A stretch of DNA of 63,849 nucleotides, filler included, from Octopus bimaculoides (GCF_001194135.2; 9 parts of 8 records of this genome joined end to end with filler, not necessarily neighbours in it); one strand, 5' to 3'; numbered from the whole stretch's first letter, positions 27,518 through 40,083 are shown. A program made the numbers and translations. Notes: generated from the sequence alone by a model not told the origin.

Positions 27518-27631
27518 CCGTCTACCAAATCCACTCATAAGGCTTTTGTCCAAGGTGCCACGCTGTGGGACTGAACCCGGAACCATGTGGTTGGGAAGCA
27601 GACTTCTTACCACACAGCCACTCCTGCACCT
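27518..27631 (-). mobile_element. SINE family A 5' part
   Basis: Minus strand GGTGCAGGAGTGGCTGTGTGGTAAGAAG...GGCACCTTGGAC. Confidence 0.8.
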
Positions 27632-27638
27632 ATACACA

Positions 27639-27682
<44 letters not shown>

Positions 27683-27918
27683 NNNNNNNNNNTATACGTA
27701 AACATCCATCGCAGAGTCTCTGTTATAGCGGAAACCAATTGATCATGTGTGGAGACAATATATCGTTCCACATGAGAGAGTTCTTTGGTCTGGCCTGGTT
27801 TAAAAGTGCAACAGAACCCGGTGAGGTAATAATTTCGTACGTGCTATTATTGGCTGGTTTACTCGGACGGTGTCGGCTTTAACTTTGTCAATAGAGCGAC
27901 AGGGCATGCGTTCGTACT

Positions 27919-27957
<39 letters not shown>

Positions 27958-28165
27958 CTTATGGAATCTTTGTGTTTCAATAACTGGAAATATGCATATA
28001 TATATATATGTGTGTGTGTGTGTGTTTGTGTCTCTCTCTGTCGCCGTAAATACACACACACACACGCGCACACACAGGTACACACACATATGCATGTATA
28101 TATGCATACTCATATATATATATATATGTATATACATGCATATATGTTTGTGAGTGAGTAGATAA

Positions 28166-28214
<49 letters not shown>

Positions 28215-28326
28215 CAGACACACATATGCGCATGTACATATACATGCAAGGATACATATACGCATATAATGTATATATGTATATACGTATGCACATACTA
28301 CATACCAACATACATATACATATACA

Positions 28327-28470
28327 CGACAGGCTTCTTTCAGTTTCCGTCTACCAAATCCACTCACAAAACTTTAGTCGTTCCGAGGCTATAGTAGCAC
28401 TTGCCCAAGGTGCCACGAAGAGGGACTGAACCCGGAACCATGTGGTTTGGAAGTAAGCTACTTACCACAC
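28327..28470 (-). mobile_element. SINE family A 5' part
   Basis: Matches 46090-46250. Confidence 0.8.
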
Positions 28471-29161
28471 ATACACACACACNNNNNNNNNNNNNNNNNN
28501 NNNNNNNNNNNNNNNNNNNNNNNNNNNNNNNNNNNNNNNNNNNNNNNNNNNNNNNNNNNNNNNNNNNNNNNNNNNNNNNNNNNNNNNNNNNNNNNNNNNN
28601 NNNNNNNNNNNNNNNNNNNNNNNNNNNNNNNNNNNNNNNNNNNNNNNNNNNNNNNNNNNNNNNNNNNNNNNNNNNNNNNNNNNNNNNNNNNNNNNNNNNN
28701 NNNNNNNNNNNNNNNNNNNNNNNNNNNNNNNNNNNNNNNNNNNNNNNNNNNNNNNNNNNNNNNNNNNNNNNNNNNNNNNNNNNNNNNNNNNNNNNNNNNN
28801 NNNNNNNNNNNNNNNNNNNNNNNNNNNNNNNNNNNNNNNNNNNNNNNNNNNNNNNNNNNNNNNNNNNNNNNNNNNNNNNNNNNNNNNNNNNNNNNNNNNN
28901 NNNNNNNNNNNNNNNNNNNNNNNNNNNNNNNNNNNNNNNNNNNNNNNNNNNNNNNNNNNNNNNNNNNNNNNNNNNNNNNNNNNNNNNNNNNNNNNNNNNN
29001 NNNNNNNNNNNNNNNNNNNNNNNNNNNNNNNNNNNNNNNNNNNNNNNNNNNNNNNNNNNNNNNNNNNNNNNNNNNNNNNNNNNNNNNNNNNNNNNNNNNN
29101 NNNNNNNNNNNNNNNNNNNNNNNNNNNNNNNNNNNNNNNNNNNNNNNNNNNNNNNNNNNNN

Positions 29162-29475
29162 GAAATTAACGTGCAAGTGGCTGAGCACTCCACAGACACG
29201 TGTACCCTTAACGTAGTTCTCGGGGGATATTCAGCGTGACACAGTGTGACAAGGCTGGTCCTTTGAAATACAGGTACAACAGAAACAGGAAGAAAGAGTG
29301 AGAGAAAGTTGTGGTGAAAGAGTACAGCAGGGTTCGCCACCATCCTCTGCCGGAGCCTCGTGGAGCTTTTAGGTGTTTTCGCTCAATAAACACTCACAAC
29401 GCCCGGTCTGGGAATCGAAACCGCGATCCTATGACCGTGAGTCCGCTGCCCTAACCACTGGGCGATTGCGCCTCC
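29162..29475 (-). mobile_element. SINE family C (3' end lost in gap)
   Basis: Head GGAGGCGCAATCGCCCAGTGGTTAGGGCAGCGG...GTTTCGATTCC. Confidence 0.9.
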
Positions 29476-29860
29476 AGGTGACGATGTCCATTAGACTTAA
29501 AAGACTGGAGGAGGTCATATTGAAGAGGAAAACAAGACAAGAAGTTCAGAGGTGCGAGGGAGGAAACTGGTATTGTAAAGTGCTTTACGACACTTAGGAG
29601 GCTGCACAGTATATTGATGAGAACTGGATGCAAGTCTAATTGATAGCTGATAAGTTCTTGAAGGAGGAACTAGAGAAGAGAGCTCAGCTGAACAATGTTC
29701 ATGAAAGTACTTAAAGAAAAGCGACAAGGAAGCCACACAACGACGATGAGAGGGTGAATTCAATTTAGAAGATAGATCAGGACCAATAGCTTCACAGATT
29801 CTATCCAATGATGGTGTTAAGTTAGACACGGCCTAAGCCAGCATTTGGCCGAATCATTTC
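29476..29860 (-). pseudogene. CR1/L2-group (Crack/Daphne-like) LINE RT C-terminus
   Basis: LDRICEAIGPDLSSKLNSPSHRRCVASLSLFFKYFHEHCSAELSSLVP...SFLPRTS. Confidence 0.7.
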
Positions 29861-30212
29861 TAAGTTTATCTAAATTCATGTTCTATATGCCATCGACGCT
29901 ACTGTCCCCTGTTGGACGTGCCAAAGGAAAGGATACAATTATACCGGGAATATCCATTCATAGAATATACCAGTTTTCATGAAAATGAAAAAATATCAAT
30001 ACTTCTCAAAATAAAATCTTGGCAGCTGTTGAACGAAATTTTGTTAAAGCAGAACACAAAAAGAAAATTAAAACAAACGGAAGTTGATGTTGGCAGCTGC
30101 GGTTCTGTATTGCTCGTGGCCAATTTTATGTTGAATTTTAAAGAACTGGAAACATCACTCCTGCAATCGTTTGCTTATTCTTTGCGGATAATTTTTTTTT
30201 TTTTAAGTATCT

Positions 30213-30335
30213 AAGGCAGAATGCTGGCACGACGCTTGGCGGCATTTCATCCGCTCTTACATTCTGGGTTCAAATTCTGCCGAGACCTACATTGCCTTTT
30301 CATCCTTCGAAGATCGATAAAATAAGTACCTATAG
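30213..30335 (+). mobile_element. SINE family B, diverged
   Basis: GGCATTTCATCCGCTCTTACATTCTGGGTTCAAATTC...GCCTTTCATCCTTCGAAGATCGATAAA. Confidence 0.7.
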
Positions 30336-30362
30336 TGCCTATAATAGAAAGGATTATTATTA

Positions 30363-30394
<32 letters not shown>

Positions 30395-30505
30395 GTTCAG
30401 TAGTTTTATTTTTATAACGTGCTTTCACTTCACTACCGAGCGCAGCTCTGTGTGCCTTGGGTATGTGCTGTGGTTTGCTGTGATGCTCTTATGGTTACTG
30501 TATTG
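30395..30505 (-). mobile_element. Dong-like LINE 3' end inside (TAA)n
   Basis: Reverse complement nearly identical to 35285-35392; (TTA)n on both sides. Confidence 0.75.
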
Positions 30506-30511
30506 TTATTG

Positions 30512-30560
<49 letters not shown>

Positions 30561-30562
30561 CA

Positions 30563-30645
<83 letters not shown>

Positions 30646-30651
30646 GTTATT

Positions 30652-30865
30652 AAGGTGGTGAGCTGGCAGAATCGTTAGCACGCCGGACGAAATGATTAAC
30701 TGTATTTCATCTGTCTTTACGTTCTGAGTTCAAATTCCGTCGAGGTCGACTTTCATCCTTTCATCCTTTCGGGGTCGATGAAATTAAGTACCAGTTACGC
30801 AGTGGGATTCGATGTAAACTACGTGCTCCCTTTCCGAAATTGCTGGCCTTGTGCTAAATTTTGAA
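30652..30865 (+). mobile_element. SINE family B, full length
   Basis: GGTGGTGAGCTGGCAGAATCGTTAGCACGCCGG...GTTCAAATTCC. Confidence 0.85.
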
Positions 30866-30902
30866 GCCCCAAATTTAAGAAAATAAGAATATCGGGCGCT
30901 GA

Positions 30903-30940
<38 letters not shown>

Positions 30941-31394
30941 CCACCACAACTACTACTACCACCAACACCTCTACTTCCAACACTACCACCACCACCACCA
31001 CTGTCATCAAACCACAATAAAACATCTGCCTTCTATAATTGATAAAGTACTTTATTTTGTAATGTAAACAGTTTGATTTACGGTGGTGTTTGTTTTGGTG
31101 TTAGCGGTGGTGGTAGTTGCCATGGTCGCGGTGGGGTGGGGGTACTCTTAGTGGTATGGAGGCGTGTGTTTGTGGTGGTAGGGGTAATGGTGGTGTTGGC
31201 GTTGGTGTTGGTGTTTGGGCCGGAGGGCTGGATGACCCCGCTCTGTGATCCGAAAGAGAAAAAGCTACGGTTGTGTNNNNNNNNNNNNNNNNNNNNNNNN
31301 NNNNNNNNNNNNNNNNNNNNNNNNNNNNNNNNNNNNNNNNNNNNNNNNNNNNNNNNNNNNNNNNNNNNNNNNNNNNNNNNNNNNNNNNNNNNNN

Positions 31395-31575
31395 AGTTAC
31401 TAGGACGTAAACACACCAACATCGGTTGTCAAGCGATGGTGGGGGGGGACAAACACAGACACAAATAAACACACACATAAATACGGTTCTTTTGCCGAAC
31501 CGTTAAGTTACTAGGACGTAAACACACCAACATCAGTGGTCGCGTGATGGTGGGGGATATACACAGACACAAAAG
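31395..31575 (-). repeat. Tandem duplication of a SINE A internal segment
   Basis: AGTTACTAGGACGTAAACACACCAACATC occurs at about 31395 and 31507. Confidence 0.7.
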
Positions 31576-31652
31576 CACATGTACATAACTATATACATGC
31601 ACACACACAAGCACACACACACACACGCACATACACACACACACACACACAC

Positions 31653-31752
31653 NNNNNNNNNNNNNNNNNNNNNNNNNNNNNNNNNNNNNNNNNNNNTTAA
31701 TTAATTAANNNNNNNNNNNNNNNNNNNNNNNNNNNNNNNNNNNNNNNNNNNN
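31653..31752. other. Artificial scaffold-join spacer
   Basis: 44N + TTAATTAATTAA + 44N. Confidence 0.9.
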
Positions 31753-31783
31753 TATATATATATACGCACGCACACACACACAT

Positions 31784-31826
<43 letters not shown>

Positions 31827-32381
31827 CGTGTGTGTGTGTATGTGTGTGGTGTGTATGTGTATGTAATTTAAAGAAAGAATAATTTAGCGTTGCCTAATTA
31901 TCTGCGCCCTTAGTTCTCTCGAGTGGGAAGAAGAATAAGGAGTTTGAATTACCCAGTGAGATAGCCATTGTGTTAACATAAGTCACTTCTCGCGTGACAG
32001 TTGGTTTCTGCAATATGTAAATACGGAGTTTTCGTAATGAGGTGGTGATCCAGAAATGGAATTCAGGGATGGGGGGCGTGTTAGTAAAGTTGTAAGGATG
32101 ATTAGTGAAGGCACCGCGGCCGAAGTGCTAGTGTGGTCGTCGATCATTTATTCAAGGAGAAACATGAAGGCTGCTTAAAACAATGAAGGATGCGGCAAAC
32201 TAAATGAATGACGTAGATTCTCAGAAAAAGTGGTTGTGTAAAAGAGATAAGAAATGACTGGAAGAATGGAAGAGAAGTGCGCGAGAAGGGGCGCTGGCCT
32301 GAATTTACATGGTTTGATACTTTCATTTTTACTTATTATGGCATTGTGTGTGGTGGAGATAAATAGACAGACAGATCAGAC

Positions 32382-32456
<75 letters not shown>

Positions 32457-33599
32457 TTGTCTGCTAAACTGGAATGGTCAGGTTCAGGGGGAAATCAATG
32501 AAAAGACATGGAATTGAATAACAGACAGACAAACAGGAATATAGAGAATGGTACTGACATTGTGGCGTTCTTTTTGATGCATGATCTACTGGTGTGTGTG
32601 AGTGCGTGTGTGTGTATGTGTGTGTGAGTGCAGTTGAGTATATATGTGTATAGGTGAGTTAGAAAAATAGTAGAATTATAACAAGATGAAAGAAAGGGGA
32701 GAGAAGGGAAGAGGGGGGAATATTTAAGAGGGGTGGAAGAGGAAGAAAAAGCAAGAAAAAAAAGGAAATAAATAGGGAGGACATGAAATTTGTGCAAAGA
32801 AAAACATGAAAAGAGGATTTTGGAAAGAAGACGGGCAACGTAAGAGGAAGATGGTGGGGGTGGAGGGAAGAAGGTAAGAATCAGACAGAGAAAGGAGGGG
32901 AATTATCTGTTCTGTACATCCTTGTTAGAACCATTGCAGCACGCGCACCGAACAACACATGCGCGCGCGCGTACCCAAGAGGGAAAGAAAATATTCTACG
33001 TGTGTGGTCCAGCTTTCGTCTCAACAAAACTTGAAGAAACATTAAATATACTTGTGATCAGTATCAATTTGTTATATACTACTACCACCACCACCACCAC
33101 CACCACTACTACTGCTATTACTACTACTACTACTACCCCCACCATCACCACCACCATCACCACCACCACCACCACCACCACTACTACTATTACTACTACT
33201 ACTACTACTACTACTACAACAATAATAGATTCACACACTCCCGCCCGCTATATTTATCACCTTTATTTACCCTTCCATACACACAATATATAATCTTTTG
33301 ACATAGTTCTGATAAAATGTGTGAGAGCGACAAAATGAAGTTGAACGGGGAGGTAAAGACGCTATACAATTCATACACACACATAAATACATATATGTAT
33401 ATGTATGTACATGTGTGTGCGTGCGTGTGTGTGTGTATATGCAGGAGTAAATGTGTATTTAAAAAATCCGTTAGATATGAATTCCACACGCAGAGTAAGT
33501 GATTATCCAAAAATCCAAGGATAATCAAGGAAAAATATATTTAAAGAAGCGGAAAGACAACGCGGAATAGAACCCACGCCTTCTCCATCACATACACAA

Positions 33600-33830
33600 C
33601 TGAGAAGCTAAGTCGGATCGGAAATGAGTGCACTCAGTAACACTTCCGGTCATTTTGGGGATCAATTTATCCTTGAAGGGTTCGGAATTCTCTGGTGAAT
33701 AGTTCTTTAGGTCTGTTGATTCAAACTGGTCGACAAACAGTCTTATACTCTTCTCTGCTCCTCGTAGTGGCGCCCTTATATGCATTCCTTCAAAAGCATT
33801 ACTCGTTTTATTATTTTCTAGATGAGACAC
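33600..33830 (-). pseudogene. Possible highly decayed LINE RT C-terminus
   Basis: RLF...DLKNYSPENSEPFKDKL loosely fits the RLFN.LP..LRN...FK.KLD motif. Confidence 0.3.
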
Positions 33831-34088
33831 AAAACTGATTTTCTGTCGGATCACCGTGTACTACCCATCTTCTACCTTCTTCCCTCTATCAGCCCCTTTT
33901 ATGATGCGTCGATACAGTCTATCATTGCCTCTCAGGTCTTCACAGTCCCCATTCTCTTCGTTGGAAGAGAAGGGAATGGTAATTCAAAGAGTTAGGGCCT
34001 TCGTCTTACTGCTGGAACCACAACTAACGAACCTTGCAGTTGTTTTTACTAGGTTTGCTGTTATCAACTACTTTCTTTATCTCTCTTT

Positions 34089-34134
<46 letters not shown>

Positions 34135-35180
34135 GCTTTCTGTCTATCTATCTCTCTCTTCCCCCCTTGCAAACTGATTGCATTTGTTTATGCGTTCACG
34201 GCAGCGCACAAGTTTAGAATGATCATGTAGATTTCAGAACATCTAATCCTTATTAGTTCTCCAATCACATTTCCTATTTCGTTTCCTCACCATTCACCAT
34301 TTAAATATATGGCTCCTCAACAGTGAGAACGAGATACTTATTAATGTTGCTGTAGATACACCACGTTATCATCTTTCTATTTCGTTAGCCCACGTATTAC
34401 GCGATGAGCCTACGGACAAATATGTGTCGTATTCTGTCTCTGTCTCTACACAGCAGTCTCACACAGACAGTTCCGATGCCCTTCACTATGAATGGAGAGT
34501 AAACTTTTCTACACATTATCCATCACTGTCCTTTTCACACTTCACTCACTGTGAGTAGATGTAAAGCATTTTTCTTTACTCGTTCTTAGAGGAATTCAGG
34601 CAAGGATGCACACACCTTTGTAACACATTCCTGCTACGCTTCATATATTGACTAGATACATACCATTACTTCTTCCCAGTAGTAATGTCAGCAAAACTGC
34701 TTCCATTTTCATAAATATTATTGCTCAGGTAAATTTATTTGCGAATGAGAAGTGTTACTTTTGTCATCATCGTTGTTGTTGGTGTTGCTGTTGTTGTCAT
34801 TTCCAAAAGCGTCGCTAAAATTATTCCCACCAGAATTAAAGTGTATATATAAAAGAAAAAAAAAAACACGCATATCTTTTGAAACCCTTCTTTGCAAGAT
34901 ATTTTTTGTTCATTTCTTCTTTTTTGTTTATACTTATTGTTTTATTTATATATTCACGCAAATATTTATTTGTAAGGTTGTGTTCACGTATTTCTTAGTG
35001 TACACATTTACCTACATCTCTTGTCAACACTTTAAGTTTATACTTAAAATGGCTAAAAATTGCGATCTATAGNNNNNNNNNNNNNNNNNNNNNNNNNNNN
35101 NNNNNNNNNNNNNNNNNNNNNNNNNNNNNNNNNNNNNNNNNNNNNNNNNNNNNNNNNNNCGTGACAAGTCGGAGGTTTTA

Positions 35181-35230
<50 letters not shown>

Positions 35231-35242
35231 TAATAATAATAA

Positions 35243-35389
35243 TGTATTGAAAGTGTTTTGCACACATCCTACGCAAAACACTTTCAATACAGTAAACATA
35301 AGAGCACCACAGCAAACCACAGCACATACCCAAGGCGCACAGAGCTGCGCTCGGTAGTGAAGTGAAAGCACGTTATAAAAATAAAACTA

Positions 35390-35392
<3 letters not shown>
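35243..35392 (+). mobile_element. Dong-like LINE 3' end inside (AAT)n
   Basis: AHILRKTLSIQ* (R4/Dong C-terminus) plus 3' UTR; (AAT)n on both sides. Confidence 0.8.
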
Positions 35393-35464
<72 letters not shown>

Positions 35465-35468
<4 letters not shown>

Positions 35469-35733
35469 CACTGACACTTGCAGCAGTCCAATACAGTCTT
35501 AATATCATTAACTGGAATCTTACAGAACTCCAACGCCTGGACAGGAAAACAAGAAAACCACTAACATCTAAGAACATATACCACCGAAAAGCAGGCGTTG
35601 ATCGTCTGTACCTACCTAGATGTAATCGGGGAAGAGGAATGATGCAGGTAGAACTGTGCTATAACACCTCCACAATAGCAATGAACGGGTAATTATTTAG
35701 AACAGAGGACTGGATGCCGCGTTTGGCATGGCA
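35465..35733 (+). pseudogene. Dong/R4 post-RT fragment
   Basis: NTLTLAAVQYSLNIINWNLTELQRLDRKTRKPLT...VDRLYLPRCNRGRGMMQVE; begins at the end of (AAT)n. Confidence 0.8.
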
Positions 35734-36145
35734 CGTTCGGTCCGCCAGGGTTGCTCACTGTCACCTCTTCTGTACGTATCGGAACTAGAACTTCTGTTGT
35801 GGAAGTTGGAATAGTTAAGGGGCAACCCTTTCGAACTGCATCATGGAAGGGTATTGTCGGCATACACGGACGACGTCACTGTCATGGTGTCGGACGCCTC
35901 CCAAGTCGAGACGGTCGGCACCATCCTAAAGTTATACGAGTCGCTTTTCGGTGAGTTTGCGGCTGGGCTATCGGCTGGCGTAGTCGGATGCGACCGACGG
36001 TCCAGTTAAGCTACACGGGTGTGGTTTGGTTCCAAACTCTAGATAGATAAGAACTGGGACAAGGTGACGAACAGGGTGGCCGGTCTTACCCAGAAATGGG
36101 CTGAGAGAAAGCTGTCCTAAAAAGTCGGGCAGAGGTGGTGACGTC
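35734..36145 (+). pseudogene. Tx1/L1-clade LINE RT fragment
   Basis: RSVRQGCSLSPLLYV...SAYTDDVTVMVS...VGTILKLYES, then DGPVKL and KNWDKVTNRVAGLTQKWAERKLS. Confidence 0.8.
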
Positions 36146-36517
36146 GCAGCGACACAAATCTGCGCATCAGATTTACTTGATATCAGAAATAAGTTCATTA
36201 TTCAGCAATCGGCAACGGAAGAATGTATTGTTGAGCAAATTAGCGAAAATTTTGCCTGCATTTTCAAAAGTAGTTCCTTCCTGTTCTCTCTTTCTGTCTC
36301 TGTTCTCCCCTCTTTTTCCTTCAGTGTATTTCTCTTTCTCTCTCCTCTTTTCTCTCCCTTCTCTCCCATCCTCCCCCATTCTCCCCCCCCCACCACTCTG
36401 TAAATCTCACGAAGATAACATCTGTCATGCAGTCAAGATCAAATTAAATAATAAGTCATTCAGTTAATGATTTTATTCTCCTCACTACGGAAATATTCTT
36501 AATTAATGCAATATTCT

Positions 36518-36617
36518 NNNNNNNNNNNNNNNNNNNNNNNNNNNNNNNNNNNNNNNNNNNNTTAATTAATTAANNNNNNNNNNNNNNNNNNNNNNNNNNN
36601 NNNNNNNNNNNNNNNNN
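36518..36617. other. Artificial scaffold-join spacer
   Basis: 44N + TTAATTAATTAA + 44N. Confidence 0.9.
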
Positions 36618-36676
36618 TTTGTCTGTTCTTGTTTGTCCCCTCTATGTTTAGCCTTTAGTGGGCAATAAAGAAATAA

Positions 36677-36875
36677 GAAACGTTAGCACGCCGGGCGAAA
36701 TGATTAGCAGTATTTCGTCTGTCTTTACGTTCTGAGTTCAAATTCCACCGAGGTTGACTTTGCCTTTCATCCTTTCGGGGTCGATAAATTAAGTACCAGT
36801 TGCGTACTGGGGCCGATCTAATCGACTGGCCTTCTCGCCCAAAGTTTCGGGCTTTGCTCCTAAAGTAGAAAAGAT
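36677..36875 (+). mobile_element. SINE family B (5' truncated)
   Basis: CGTTAGCACGCCGGGCGAAATG...GCCTTTCATCCTTTCGGGGTCGATAAATTAAGTACCAG. Confidence 0.85.
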
Positions 36876-38039
36876 TATTTTTACCGATACTAGGAGGATA
36901 AAAGACAAAGTTGATCTCGGTGAGCTATGTGTTAAAGAAACTCGCTTGCAACCTCGTAGGTTTGGGTTCAGTCTCACCACGGGGTACTTTGGATAAGCGT
37001 CTTCTACTATAAACCTGAATCGACTAATGTTTTGTGAGTAGATTTGGTAGCTGGAAACTGTGTGGAAATCCGGTGTATACATACGTACATACACGCACAC
37101 ACATATACATATATAGTGTGTGTGTCCATGTTTATGTCCCCATTATTAACAGTTCGGCAAAAGAAACCGATAGAATAAGTATCAAGCTTTAAAAAAATAC
37201 AATTGCAGCGGGGAAGGTCGCGGTCTCAAACCGACGAAAATATTTTGACAAATTAAATTTAAATGTTGAAGTGCATCTAACGGTTTTGTGTGTTCTTAAA
37301 TGGCTTATGAACATCTTCCACGCTGCAATCGTTTTTGTTTCAGCACACGATCTCAGATCAGGTCACTTGCTATGCAAGTACATCTCCGTAATTTAAAAAA
37401 CATACTGTTCGACAAAAATTTTTCAAGTAGAAGATAAAGATAAAACATATAGAGCGTAACTAAATAAATACCGCAGTTCTTTGGTCTGACGCTTTTTACG
37501 ATTCTTTCTGGCAATTCACCAAACATGGAATGCCTGTATTTCTTTCTCGACAACTCATAATCAGAGATATTCATAAAAATATTAGTTATTTCGAGTGCTT
37601 AATTCTCGTAATTTCAGATAAGATTGAAATAGAAGTCGTGGCGTTCATTATCTTTTTCTAATATGTGAATTCAAATTCTCCAACCCAGAAACTGAAACTA
37701 TGTCGCTGACACCCTTTACTGGGGAACTCACTTTTTCTCTGAGACAACATGGAAATATCGATGTGGTTGCTCAGATTTTCGAAAAATAAGAACTGAACTA
37801 CCCTCAGATCAATCTCACCAAAATAAAGTACCAGTCATGTATTGGGGAAGTTTTAATTACTTAACCTCCTCTCCTCAGAGATGATTTCTGAAGAGACAGT
37901 CAACGTCGATCTACGACGAACAGCCCACGAAGACGAGAAAGCATATTGAATGCTGTCAATATATACGTACTTACTTATACACACACACACATACACACAC
38001 ACACACTCATACACACACACACACATAAGGATTATGACG

Positions 38040-38535
38040 AAGTAGCATTACCTTTAATTCACATTTATAATGAATACATTCTCAAATAGACCTACATATG
38101 TTTCGGCTGCATCGGTTAGTAACCATTGCAATTCCAACTTTCCTATAATACCGGTGTAGTTTCTTCAGGGTCTTCACTGTAATATCCTTTGAGATTTAAC
38201 AGGTTGAAGTTTTATGTTGATTTTCTTTGCGTTCAGTGAAGTGGAGTCGTACGTTAATTCAAGTATTGTTAGCTATTCCTTATAGTCAGTTATTTCGAAA
38301 AAATTCGTTGTTTAAATATCAATAACTGATTTTTAATGAGCCATGATAAATTTTCTCATATGCAAAAATCTTAAAGCTTGTACTTCTCTAGAATTTATCA
38401 TATTATACTCTGATGTAAAAATTTGGTAAAATTCTTCTATACATGGACACATTTATTAGTTCCTGGTTTATAAGGTTTTGCAGTACTAATTAATTCCCAG
38501 TTGATGATATAGTCTTTGTTTCTCTCTTTAATAGA
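38040..38535 (-). mobile_element. Penelope-like element 3' end: GIY-YIG C-terminus plus pLTR
   Basis: KERNKDYIINWELISTAKPYKPGTNKC...EE...MINSRE, stop at about 38333, then an HHR-bearing pLTR; truncated by a SINE D insertion. Confidence 0.75.
38088..38173 (-). ncRNA. Type I HHR with extended helix II
   Basis: AGACC-CTGAAGA-[AACTACACCGGT...ACCGATGCAGCC]-GAA-ACATATGT-A-GGTCT: perfect 5-bp helix I, palindromic helix III, GUA site; 5' strand of helix II has transitions. Confidence 0.75.
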
Positions 38536-38734
38536 CCCGGTTTCAATGGCGTATGTGTTCCCCAGCTGGACGGGACGCCAGTCCATCGAAGCGTTACTCA
38601 TTTTTGCCAGCTGAGTGGACTGGAGCAACGTGAAATGAAGTGTTTTGCTCAAGAATACAATGCGTCGACCGGTCCAGGAATCGAGACCACAATCTTACGA
38701 TCATGATGTTGACACCCTAACCACTAAGCCACGT
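38536..38734 (-). mobile_element. SINE family D
   Basis: A box TGGCTTAGTGG, B-like GTCTCGATTCC, internal GATGGACTGGCGTCCCGTCCAG reminiscent of V/Meta-type central domains. Confidence 0.85.
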
Positions 38735-38736
38735 GT

Positions 38737-39111
38737 GGAGGCGCAGTGGCCCAGTGGTTAGGGCAGCAGATTCGCGTTCATAGGATCGCGGTTTCGATTC
38801 CCAGACTAGGCGTTGTGTGTGTTTATTGAGCGAAAACACCTAAAGCTCCACGAGGCTCCAGCAGGGGATGGTGGCGAACCCTGATGTGCTCTTCCACCAC
38901 AACTTTCTCTCACTCTTTCTTCCTGTTTCTGTTGTGCCTGTAATTCAAAGGATCAGCCTTGTCACACTCTGTGTCACGCTGAATATCCCCGAGAACTACG
39001 TTAAGGGTGCACGTGTCTGTGGAGTGCTCAGCCACTTGCACGTTAATTTCACGAGCAGGCTATTCCGTTGATCGGATCAACTGGAACCCTCGACGTCGTA
39101 AGCGACGGAGT
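38737..39111 (+). mobile_element. SINE family C, essentially full length
   Basis: A box TGGCCCAGTGG, B-like GTTTCGATTCC; matches 16643 and 29162 copies. Confidence 0.9.
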
Positions 39112-40083
39112 NNNNNNNNNNNNNNNNNNNNNNNNNNNNNNNNNNNNNNNNNNNNNNNNNNNNNNNNNNNNNNNNNNNNNNNNNNNNNNNNNNNNNNNNN
39201 NNNNNNNNNNNNNNNNNNNNNNNNNNNNNNNNNNNNNATATATATATACGTGTGTATGGAGAGGTGTAAAAGTGCCTGCTTCAAATATCTATGAAATCTT
39301 TAGCATGAAGTAGAAATGAGGCTGATAAGTATAAAGACTTTGTAAACAGTTTTGTTTATTTACTTTTATTGTTTATTTATTTATTTATTTATTTATTTTC
39401 GTTGGCATATCTGTCTCACTTCCTTCGCTCTGTTGGTGGTTGATTAAGCGTGCGCCCTGTTATCTGTACCCTAAGTTTAACATACATGTTTGGCATGTCG
39501 ACCCACTGGTGGAGGATTCTACGTGGTCATTGGTCATGCTAGAAATAGCAGTCATAGTTTTCACCTCATCTTGATACCCCTTTTCCTGAACCATCTATCT
39601 GCTAATTCTAACTAAATCTTCGACCCTTATCTATTTCTCCATCGTCTACGTGTAGACGGGCAACTTAAGCTATTATCAGTTTCTCTTGTTTTCCACGTAA
39701 GAAATCGTATTTATTTCTTTTACTCTCGATCTTTCCTTTTATCGTCGTCTCTTATCGCCGTTATCGTTTTATTTCTTAACAATTTTTGTCGCTCCTATCG
39801 CTTTTTATCTCTTCTTATTTCTTGACACACTTTGAAAGACAAGACAGGGAATAATCTTCAGTTTTACGACTGATAGCGGCAATAACAACAACAACAAAAA
39901 TAGAAACACATGTACGCAGACACAAAACTACGAGCATGCTTGTGGTGTGTGTTTGCATGTATGTGTGTAGGTAAACACGCGCACGCGCAGACACACACAC
40001 ACTCTCATATATCTATATGTATATGAATATCATTACACACACACACACACACACACACACTATATATATATATATATATATAT

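Noticed and set aside
25456-33293. Poly-Thr, Val, Leu, Asn and Tyr ORFs (mucin-like appearance)
   Set aside because: Trinucleotide microsatellites open on both strands, with no signal peptide or flanking domain.
37888-37912. CTGAAGA-GAC(AGTCAAC)GTC-GATC
   Set aside because: GAAA box is broken and helices I and III are absent; at best a relic.
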